The notes beneath the pieces were generated by a model, which saw only the letters and a program-made list of their open reading frames with translations, searched no databases and had not been told where the DNA came from. 64,000 nucleotides of DNA. It comes from Leucoraja ocellata. Its lineage: Eukaryota. Location: assembly GCA_036785375.1 (NCBI GenBank), contig JAWMAR010001141.1, positions 186,001 through 250,000 of the forward strand, written 5' to 3'. Of this stretch, positions 27,374 to 38,600 are shown in pieces (positions within the stretch are counted from its first letter, which is position 1; each line of letters starts with the position of its first letter). A program made the translations under genes and the position numbers.

Positions 27374-29485
27374 GATCAGACAGGGAGATCCTCTGTCCCC
27401 CTTACTCTTTGATATTGCTCTGGAGCCCCTCGCAATAGGTATCAGGAGTCACCCAAACATCAGGGGTATAAAGGTGGGGAATGTGGAAAGTCGTGTGCGG
27501 CTTTACGCCGATGACACATTACTATATCTCTCCGATCCAGAAGGCTCTGTTCTTCCCTTGTTAGATTTTATTAAATCATTTGGCAAGCTTTCTGGATTCA
27601 GATTCAGATTCAGATTCAATTTTAATTGTCATTGTCAGTGTACAGTACAGAGACAACGAAACGGATACACAGTCAACTGGAGTAAGAGTGAGTTCATGCC
27701 TTTATCAGACAATATAGATTCAGATTGTCTTGAGGCTCTACCATTTAAGATAGTATATGACCATTTTACATATCTAGGACTCAAAATACCCCTAAACCCC
27801 AAACGTATATTCAAACTCAACTACGCTGATATGATTACAAAGTTAAAACTGAACATAGAGAAATGGAGGATTTTACCCTTGTCTATAGTGGGGCGTATTA
27901 ACGCTATCAAGATGGTGTCTCTTCCTAGATTCATATATTTATTCCAAAATCATCCAATTTTTCTTACTTCATCATTTAAAAAAAAATTGGACTCCATTAT
28001 CCTTCCATTCATTTGGGGCTATAAAGCCCACCGTATATCAAAGGCAAATCTTCAAAAGCCAAAAAATGAGGGAGGCATGGGCCTTCCTATATTTAGGCAC
28101 TACTATTGGGCAGCCAATGCTAGAGCTCTGATTTACTGGCAATGGGGATTCCCAGATGAACCTTTGGATAATAATAATAATACCCCTTCGTGGCTAAACA
28201 TTGAAAACACAGCAGTGAAAAATTCCTCCCTCTGTACTTTGCTTTTTTCCAAAACAGAATCCCCACATAAGTTGGTTGGTGAGAACTTCATTTTAAGAAA
28301 TTCTATTCGAATTTTAAATCAGATAAGAAGTTTCAGTACATTGTCAAATGTCTCTATTTACACCCCCATATGTCACAACCACTCCTTTTTGCCATCACAG
28401 ACGGATGGGGTGTTTGCTGTCTGGAGGGACAAGGGCCTTGCGACCCTCAGAGATCTATATATTGACAAAAAGTTTGCTTCGTTTAATCAGCTGAAATCAA
28501 AATTTAACCTTTCCAACTCTCATTTTTTTCGCTATCTCCAAATTAGGCACTACGTTAAAGATCAAATTGCAAATTTTCAAACCATGCCCACTCTATGAGC
28601 TCCTGCAGCTTCCTCCAGACTCCAAACATCTAATATCTCGCTTTGTGAGTCTATTCACCACCTCTGTATCCACTACCCATCTGAAAGAAGCCTGGTCTAC
28701 TGAGCTGAATTTCGAGGTGTCTGACGACACTTGGAATGAAGGTCTGACCAGAATCCAAATTTGTTCGATCAATGTCAGGTATAAACTGATTCAGTTTAAA
28801 GTCATCCACAGACTCCGTTACTCAAAGACCAAATTACATCGAATCTACCCTGCTATTTCTCCATTATGTGACAGATGCAAAAGTGCAGATGGCTCTTTAA
28901 CACATATTTTCTGGCTCTGTCCTCATATACAAAGATACTGGTCTAAAATATTTGTGGTTTTCTGGGGTCTATGGAAAAGATATTCTCCCTGATCCAGAAC
29001 TGGCACTTTTTGGATGCTCAGAGACTGCTTTGTACTTCACGTCTGAAGAACAACAAGCACTGATGCTTGGTATGGTGGCAGCCAAGAAAATGATCCTAAC
29101 AGACTGGAAATCATCTACACCCCCCTGCTTCGTAAAATGGCTCAATGAAATGATAATAATCATACAGATGGAAAGGATACGCTTCTACAACTCCAAGGTA
29201 CCAAACAACTTTTTAAGTGTTTGGGGACCATTTATCAACCATCTCAAAGTCCAATAATTTCACAATTTCATATTATCTGCAGTGATGTAGTCCTGTGACC
29301 TTTACTTCTGTTTTTGCAATGCCTGACTGTGTAGCACCATGTGGATTGTACCAATACTGTTATGTCTGGCGGCTTTGTTTTATTTTATTTTTTTTTAATT
29401 TTTTTTTCCTGTTGTCTTTTTCAGTTTTTTTTTTTTTTGGTTTGTTTTGTTAAAAAATTGTATAAAACAATAAAAAATATTAAAA
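27374..29485 (+). mobile_element. L1-clade LINE 3' fragment, copy 1 (degraded)
   Basis: Starts at the RQGDPLSP motif, YADD, CCHC region; ~66-bp insertion near 27597-27663 and frameshifts near 28586 and 28950; A-rich tail. Confidence 0.9.
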
Positions 29486-30286
29486 CAGGATTGATCCCAG
29501 GTGTCTGGCAGCAACTCTACCGCTGTGTCACTGTGCCACCCTGCCTCAAGAAAGCAGCCAACATATTAAAGGACCTTTTTCACCGCAGTCATCCCCTCCA
29601 ATCCCTCATTTATCCATGATAACAATGAAGCATATATTTCCACTTTGCAAAAACGACTAGACTATATCAAAAATATATTTTAGCACTAATTGTTAGTTTA
29701 CATTTTGAAGGTTTTTGTTAGTCAGTTAGCTAGTTAAGTTTATTGTCACTCATAAGTCTCTCAGCTCTTCCTCTTCATTGCAAAATAACGTTTAAGTAGA
29801 AACGTTATGAGGAACATAAATGAGGAAGAAGTCAGCAAGACATTGTGTATGAAACCACAATGATCTTGCAGATTAACTCTCGAGTTTCAAATTTTCCCAG
29901 CACATTTCAAACATAAATTAATGTTCATAGAGTAATGAAAATGGTGAAAAGAGTCAAAAACCTGGCACGAGTGAGGAATATTTGGTAATACGGTCATCAG
30001 GTCATTAGTGATACGGCCCATGATGTCTACCCCGCCATTCAATCATGGCTCATCTATCTCTCCCTCCTAACCCCATTCTCCTGCCTTCTCCTCATAACCC
30101 CTTTGCAGGATCTGGATCGATTGACCTGGTAGCTGGAGCATTGGTTGATGGAATTTAATACAGAGAAGTGTGAGGTGTTGCAATTTGGGACGTCGAACAA
30201 GGGCTGGACCTACACAGTAAATGGCAGGCCTCTGGGTAGTGTTGTAGAGCAGATGGATGATCTGAAAGAGGTGTATAAGATCATGA

Positions 30287-32356
30287 GATCAGACAGGGAG
30301 ATCCTCTGTCCCCCTTACTCTTTGATATTGCTCTGGAGCCCCTCGCAATAGGTATCAGGAGTCACCCAAACATCAGGGGTATAAAGGTGGGGAATGTGGA
30401 AAGTCGTGTGCGGCTTTACGCCGATGACACATTACTATATCTCTCCGATCCAGAAGCCTCTGTTCTTCCCTTGTTAGATTTTATTAAATCATTTGGCAAG
30501 CTTTCTGGATACACAGTCAACTGGAGTAAGAGTGAGTTCATGCCTTTATCAGACAATATAGATTCAGATTGTCTTGAGGCTCTACCATTTAAGATAGTAT
30601 ATGACCATTTTACATATCTAGGACTCAAAATACCCCTAAACCCCAAACTTATATTCAAACTCACCTACGCTGATATGATTACAAAGTTAAAACTGAACAT
30701 AGAGAAATGGAGGATTTTACCCTTGTCTATAGTGGGGCGTATTAACGCTATCAAGATGGTGTCTCTTCCTAGATTCATATATTTATTCCAAAATCTTCCA
30801 ATTTTTCTTACTTCATCATTTAAAAAAAAATTAGACTCCATTATCCTTCCATTCATTTGGGGCTATAAAGCCCACCGTATATCAAAGGCACATCTTCAAA
30901 AGCCAAAAAATGAGGGAGGCATGGGCCTTCCTATATTTAGGCACTACTATTGGGCAGCCAATGCTAGAGCTCTGATTTACTGGCAATGGGGATTCCCAGA
31001 TGAACCTTTGGATAATAATAATAATACCCCTTCGTGGCTAAACATTGAAAACACAGCAGTGAAAAATTCCTCCCTCTGTACTTTGCTTTTTTCCAAAACA
31101 GAATCCCCACATAAGTTGGTTGGTGAGAACTTCATTTTAAGAAATTCTATTCGAATTTTAAATCAGATAAGAAGTTTCAGTACATTGTCAAATGTCTCTA
31201 TTTACACCCCCATATGTCACAACCACTCCTTTTTGCCATCACAGACGGATGGGGTGTTTGCTGTCTGGAGGGACAAGGGCCTTGCGACCCTCAGAGATCT
31301 ATATATTGACAAAAAGTTTGCTTCGTTTAATCAGCTGAAATCAAAATTTAACCTTTCCAACTCTCATTTTTTTCGCTATCTCCAAATTAGGCACTACGTT
31401 AAAGATCAAATTGCAAATTTTCAAACCATGTCTGACAGTTGCCCACTCTATGAGCTCCTGCAGCTTCCTCCAGACTCCAAACATCTAATATCTCGCTTTG
31501 TGAGTCTATTCACCACCTCTGTATCCACTACCCATCTGAAAGAAGCCTGGTCTACTGAGCTGAATTTCGAGGTGTCTGACGACACTTGGAATGAAGGTCT
31601 GACCAGAATCCAAATTTGTTCGATCAATGTCAGGTATAAACTGATTCAGTTTCAAGTCATCCACAGACTCCATTACTCAAAGACCAAATTACATCGAATC
31701 TACCCTGCTATTTCTCCATTATGTGACAGATGCAAAAGTGCAGATGGTTCTTTAACACATATTTTCTGGCTCTGTCCTCGTATACAAAGATACTGGTCTA
31801 AAATATTTAAGTGGTTTTCTGGGGTCTATGGAAAAGATATTCTCCCTGATCCAGAACTGGCACTTTTTGGATGCTCAGAGACTGCTTTGTACTTCACGTC
31901 TGAAGAACAACAAGCACTGATGCTTGGTATGGTGGCAGCCAAGAAAATGATCCTAACAGACTGGAAATCATCTACACCCCCCTGCTTCGTAAAATGGCTC
32001 AATGAAATGATAATAATCATACAGATGGAAAGGATACGCTTCTACAACTCCAAGGTACCAAACAACTTTTTAAGTGTTTGGGGACCATTTATCAACCATC
32101 TGAAAGTCCAATAATTTCACAATTTCATATTATCTGCAGTGATGTAGTCCTGTGACCTTTACTTCTGCTTTTGCAATGCCTGACTGTGTAGCGCCATGTG
32201 GATTGTACCAATACTGTTATGTCTGGCAGCTTTGTTTTATTTTATTTTTTTTAATTTTTTTTTTTCCTTCCTTTTTTTTTCCTGTTGTCTTTTTCAGTTT
32301 TTTTTTTTTGGTTTGTTTTGTTAAAAAATTGTATAAAACAATAAAAAATATTAATA
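30287..32356 (+). mobile_element. L1-clade LINE 3' fragment, copy 2 (open 575-aa frame)
   Basis: ORF 30387..32114: LYADD..KIPL..CDRC..H..C; near-identical to copy 1; distinct family from the L1 at 19255. Confidence 0.92.
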
Positions 32357-33157
32357 CAGGATTGATCCCAGGTGTCTGGCAGCAACTCTATCGCTGTGTC
32401 ACTGTGTCACTCTGCCTCAAGAAAGCAGCCAACATATTAAAGGACCTTTTTCACCGCAGTCATCCCCTCCAATCCCTCATTTATCCATGATAACAATGAA
32501 GCATATATTTCCACTTTGCAAAAACGACTAGACTATATCAAAAATATATTTTAGCACTAATTGTTAGTTTACATTTTGAAGGTTTTTGTTAGTCAGTTAG
32601 CTAGTTAAGTTTATTGTCACTCATAAGTCTCTCAGCTCTTCCTCTTCATTGCAAAATAACATTTAAGTAGAAACGTTATGAGGAACATAAATGAGGAAGA
32701 AGTCAGCAGGACATTGTGTATGAAACCACAATGATCTTGCAGATTAACTCTCGAGTTTCAAATTTTCCCAGCACATTTCAAACATAAATTAATGTTCATA
32801 GAGTAATGAAAATGGTGAAAAGAGTCAAAAATCTGGCACGAGTGAGGAATATTTGGTAATAGGGTCATCAGGTCATTAGTGATACGGCCCATGATGTCTA
32901 CCCCGCCATTCAATCATGGCTCATCTATCTCTCCCTCCTAACCCCATTCTCCTGCCTTCTCCTCATAACCCCTTTGCAGGATCTGGATCGATTGACCTGG
33001 TAGCCGGAGCATTGGTTGATGGAATTTAATCCAGAGAAGTGTGAGGTGTTGCAATTTGGGACGTCGAACAAGGGCAGGACCTACACAGTAAATGGCAGGC
33101 CTCTGGGTAGTGTTGTAGAGCAGATGGGTGATCTGAAAGAGGTGTATAAGATCATGA

Positions 33158-33505
33158 AAGGAATAGATCGGGTAGACTCACAAAGTCTTTTGCCCAGAGA
33201 AGGGAAATCGAGGACCAGAGGACATAGGTTCAAGGTGAAGGGGTAAAGATTTAATAGGAATCTGAGGGGTAACTTTTTCACAAAATGGGTGGTAGGTATA
33301 TGGAACAAGATGCCAGAGGAGGTAGTTGAGGCTGGGACTATCTGATCGTTTAAGAAGTTTAAGTTACACAGATACATGGATAGGCCAAATTTGGAGGGAT
33401 ATGGACCAAGCACAGGCAAGTGGGACTAGTGTACCTGGGACATTGTTGGCGGGTGTGGGCGAGTTGGGCCGAATGGCCTGTTTCCACACTGTATGACTCT
33501 ATGAC
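33158..33505 (+). mobile_element. CR1 3' fragment continuing from unit A3
   Basis: GDLKEVYKIMKGIDRV..RTRGHRFK, then the HER1-like 3' UTR (gggccgaatggcctgtttcc). Confidence 0.8.
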
Positions 33506-34426
33506 ACTCTGACCACACTCTCACTTCACTCCTGCCATTGGGAAGAAGGTACAGGAGCCTGAAAACCGTGACCTCCAGGTTCAAGAACAGCTTCTCAGCA
33601 GCAACAATTAGGCTTTTGAACACTGCACACTAACCTCAACTATCAAGTATGGGCAGTCTTTGGTTGCACTAAAGACATCAGTTATTTTTTGTCCTTATTG
33701 GACTTATTAACTAATTCATTTTTGTACATTTTCTATTAAGTGTGTGCATTGTGTATACAAGCACAATGAGGGGAATAGATAGGGTATGTGTTGGAAGGAA
33801 CTGCAGATGCTCATTCAAACCGAAGATAGACTCAAAAACCTAGTTACTCATTGGGTGAGGCAGCATCTTTGGACTAAAGGAATAAGTGGTGTTTTGAGTC
33901 GAGACCTCTCTTCAGACAGAGTTAGGGGAAAGGGTAACAAGGGAAACAAGTCTCTTACCTAGAGCAGGGGAATCGAGACTCAGGGGACAAGGCTTCAGGT
34001 GAAAACAAAAAGATTTAATAGGATCCTTAGGGGCATCATTTTTTTACACAGTGAGTTGTGGGTGTATGGAATGAGCTAACTGATGAAGTATTTGAGGCAG
34101 GTGCTACAAAAATATTTTAAAGGCATTTGGACAGTTACATGAATTGGACTGGTTTAGGAGGAGATGGACCAAACGCTGGCAGGAGGAACTAGAGTAGATG
34201 GGGCATCTTAGTTGACGTGGACAAGTTGGGCTGAAGGGCCTGTTTCCGTGCTGTACATCTCTATAAATCTGCAGATTCATTGTGCTACTGAAACAAAGCA
34301 ATATATTTCCCCTCTGTCGGTACATATGACAATCAAGCACTCTTGACTTTTAACAATACAAAATCAACCAAATGTCCTCAACATGGATTCAGTTCCAGCG
34401 CGTAAAAAAAGTTGAGAAGAATATAC

Positions 34427-34658
34427 CTTGCACTATATTTGTTTTGAGTACTGTTGATATCAAGCTTGTAATTGGAGATAGTGTGGTTGTCATTGGTTTT
34501 AGGTGTCATTCATAATGTCACTTTATGTCATATTGCAATTGAGGGCGGAGCACCAAGGCAAATTCCTTGTATGTGAATACTTGGTCAATAAACCTATTCA
34601 TTCATAAACCTATTCATTCATCATGCATTCATCATTCCTTCATAAGTTCATTCAAGTT
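34427..34658 (-). pseudogene. Orphan stalk pseudo-exon interrupted by a retroposon 3' fragment
   Basis: Acceptor flank (+ strand gttctgttgaggcaaggaaataaaa) resembles those of the gene B and C stalk exons. Removing 34513-34654 (flanked by tcattca) gives a 90-nt phase 1-1 exon LE*HLKPMTTTLSPITSLISTVLKTNIVQ with G|GTATAT donor. Confidence 0.6.
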
Positions 34659-35588
34659 CTGTTGAGGCAAGGAAATAAAATTAAGTCTCAGCTGTTTTCA
34701 CATGCAGTGAATAAAGAGAACAAGATTGTCAGATGGAACCCATTGCTTTGAGTAAAGTGCCAATTAGTTTAAGAGATACGGTGACTTTCCTTCAGTGGAA
34801 TTGGACGTCTTAGTTGAGTTGAGTTTAGTTTAGAGATACAGCATGGAAACAGGACCTTTGGCCCACCTAGTTGACGCCAACCAGCTATCTCCTCCGCACA
34901 CCAGCACTATCCTGCATACACTAGGGTCAATTTACAATTTTACGTGTCTACACGTGTCTACGTGTATGTGATGTTGCCACAAGCGTGATTTTCATTGTAT
35001 CTGCACCTCACCATACGTGCACATAAGAATGACAGACTTGACTTGAAAACAGCTCAGCAAAGTATATTACAGTGATGTTCTCATGAGAAAAAGTACTTCC
35101 AGAACATTTGATCTGATGGGATGTCATAGCTTATGAATATTCATAATATTCCCTCTTCTAAATATTCTTCACAGTTAAAACCATGAGGCATTTCCAGGAT
35201 TGAATACAATTTATTCCACATAACTGCAATGTCATGCTACACAACACAAAATAATAAGTCATTGCTATAAAGGCTAGCAACATTGTTTAAATGGCACCTT
35301 TACTGAGTGAATATTGTGTAAACTAAGTTAATAATTTTAGCAGAAGAAGCATTAATTCTGTGCAGTCTATTATGAAAGCAAAATGAAAAACACTTTGTCA
35401 ATGCCCTTTATGGGCGACTATTGCATACCTTGGGTTAGCAAGCAAAGAATTTCACTGTGACTTGTCACACGTGACAATAAAGTATTAATTAATCAATTCA
35501 TTCATTCATTCAAAATAATAATGATCATTTGGTCTTGTTGGAGAGTTGTTTCTCAGTCACTATCACCAGTGGATCTTCATTCTGCCTT

Positions 35589-35624
35589 CTACGGCAAGCT
35601 GTGAGGTTTTGGTTCAATGGGTCC
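35589..35624 (-). CDS. Gene B exon 6: short cytoplasmic tail (GPIEPKPHSLP*)
   Basis: poly-T gcag| phase-0 acceptor matching the TM exon donor; candidate AATAAA on the minus strand near 35210. Confidence 0.65.
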   Translation of the reverse strand, partial: GPIEPKPHSLP

Positions 35625-38600
35625 CTGCAAAAAAAAACCTAGAAGTCATCAGATTAATTGACTCCGGGAATTGTGCTGTATTTCACAAGGCCACTAACAA
35701 CAGAATTCTGCTTCCAATTGGCACAGTGATGCAGCTGATAGAGCTGCTGCCTCATAGCGTCCAAGAATTTGCTTGGATTTTGACTTTGATGCTATCTGTG
35801 TGGCGTTTACATGTTCTCGCTGTGGCCATGTGGGTTTCCTCCGCGAGCTCCGGTTTCCTCCCACCTCCCAAAGACTTGTGGGTTTACAGGTTAATTGGCC
35901 AATGTGAATTTCCCCTAGTGTGTTGGGAGTTGGGATGAGAGAATGGGATAACATCGAACTCATCCGTACGGCCTATATTTGTGAAGTACTTTAAACGCTT
36001 TTCGTTTGTTTTATTTTATCAGCATGTTTGAAGGTATTAATGGACAGCATTTGGAAGCATTCAGCGATTCTGATGATCTCCGCAAAACATACCTTCCTTA
36101 TACTTGTGAACAATGAGACTGAGATGCTGCAGATCCCAAGCAGAGCGAAGTACAGCCAGCGTCCCACATTCCATATCATGTAACTGAGCAAAGGGGGAAA
36201 GATACAGAATCAGTGGGAGGAAACAGACTTGTTCGTGTTGGAAACATTCATAGCCTGATTGCTGTGAAATCTCTGCATGGAGCAGGGTACAGCAACAGAG
36301 CCCAGGTAGTTCACCTGGGAAATTCCACCGTCCAGGATCTCGACCCGAAACTGCACCTATCCATGTTCTTCAGAGATGCTGCCTGACTCGCTGAGTTACT
36401 CCAGCATTTTGTGTCTAGCGTTGATAAAGTTAGTTAAAAAAAGATGGGAGAAGTGACGAGTGGTATGTAAACACCAGCATGGGATCAGTTCAGTTGATCT
36501 TTTCTGTGCCTTAAATCCTATGTGATCAGATGTCATTCTGCGTAACCCTGGAACGTCATCACATTGAGGGTATTGTGTGCATTTCTGGTCGCCATGTTAC
36601 AGGAAAGATTTTGTCAAGCTGGAAAGGGTGCAGAGAAGATTAACGAGGATGTTGCCGGGACTCGAGGGACTGATGTATAGGGAAAGGTTGAGCAAGCTGG
36701 GTGATTATTTCTTGGAGAGCAGGAGGACGAGGGGTGATCTTATGGAGGTGTATCATCAAGAGATGAATCAAAAATTACTCTCTCATCTTTTTTTTGTTAC
36801 ATTGACACATTTGATAGAGCTGCTCTCTTAAAGCGCTAGACACCTGGGTTCGATCCTGAACTCAGGATGTTATCTGCGTGGATTTCTACATTCTCCCTAT
36901 GACCGCGTGGTTCTCCTGCAGGTGCTCTGGTTTGCTCCCACATCCTAAAGGCATGCGGGTTTGGAGGTTAATTGGCATTGTAAAATCGCCCTTAATGTGT
37001 AGGAAGTGAACAATAAGGTGGTACAACACAGAACTAATGTTAACGGGGGGATGGAAGATCGACACAAAAAGCTGGAGTAACTCAGCGGGTCAGACAGCAC
37101 CTCTGGAGAGAAGGAATAGATGATGTTTTTCATGTTGAGTCACTTCTTCAGACTAATCTATGGATGTCATGGACTCATAGGGTGGAAGGGCCTGTTTCCG
37201 TGCTGTTTCTTTAAAACTAAAAACCAAAAAAAAAGCTAGAGTCCATTTGGCCCATTGAGTGTATGCTGGATCTTAGATCATTCTCGTACTCCGATCTCAA
37301 CATTTGAATCGATTGAAGTCAATACTCTGATGCACATAACTAGCAAATGAAAGAGGAAATTATCTTCCAATTAAATATCATAAGGAAGCAGAGCCAATCA
37401 CAACAGCAGTAATAACATAATTGTACCATTCAGTGCAGGTGGATCGGGTGGAGTCATTTTGACTCTCATTGGATCTTTTTACTGTACTTGCAAAAGGTGT
37501 AGTCATCATTCGTTCAGTCACTTTATGTTCTGTTGGGTCAAGGAAATACAATTCAGCATCACCTGCTTTTCACTTGCAATCTTAAGTTCATAAGGCATAG
37601 GAGCAGAATTAGGCCATTTGGCACATCAAGTTCATCAGTTCATGTTCATAAGCGATAGGAGCAGAATTAGGTCATTCGGCCCATCAAGTCTACTCCATCA
37701 TTCAATCATGGCTGATCTATCTCTCACTCCTAACCCTATTCTCATGCCTTCTCCCCATAACCCCTGATACCCGTACTATCTCCGCCTTAAAATATCCATT
37801 GACTTGGCCTCCACAATATTCTGTGGCAATAAATTCCACAGATTTACTACCGTCTTGCTTAAGAATTCCTTCCTAAAGAAACACTCTTTAATTCTGAGGC
37901 TATGACCTCTGGCCCTAGATTATCTCACTAGTGGAAACATCTTCTCCACATCCACTCTATCCAGGCCTTTCATTATTCAGTAAGTTTCAAAAAGGGCCTC
38001 CCTCACCCTTTCAAACCCCAGCGAGTACAGGCCCAGTGCTGTCAAACACTCATCATATATTAACCCACTCATTCCTGGGATCGTTCTTGTAAACCTCCTC
38101 TGGACCCTCTCCAGAACAAGCACATTCTTCCTCAGATATGGGACTGACCAAACAGTCTGCTCCACCATTCAATCACGGCAGATCTATCCATCCCTCTCTA
38201 CCCCATATGCAGGGGGAGGATGTGCTGGCCGTAGCAGTGCGCATGTGCGAGGCGGCCGGCCGTGCCGGCGGACGAGGAGCCCGGCGGCCCAGACACGGAT
38301 GGCGGGCGGAGACGGAGAGTAACAGAGAGAGAGAGATAATGAGGGGACTCACTCAGAGTTAAACGGCAGGTGTCCTGGGTGCTTGCCATGCCGGGCAAAA
38401 TGACACAACTTTTAGGTTGCCCGGCAGGACGTTAGATGGCCATTGGCACCTGGGCAACCGTAAATTTCGAGCCCTGCTTTGGCCGAGGCCCCTAGATTTC
38501 GGGGCCCTGGGCAGGGTAACGTTTCGTACTTACGATTGTTACCGAAATGCACCATATAACTGCAATTCTCTCCGGTGTTGGACACTGCCACAGTGACCAT

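Larger units (their letters stand above)
26242..33157 (+). repeat. A-L1-A-L1-A tandem array; A units 26242-27373, 29486-30286, 32357-33157
   Basis: Three near-identical ~801-bp units from caggattgatccc to gatcatga; A1 carries an extra ~335-bp insertion; A2-to-A3 period 2871 bp. Confidence 0.92.
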
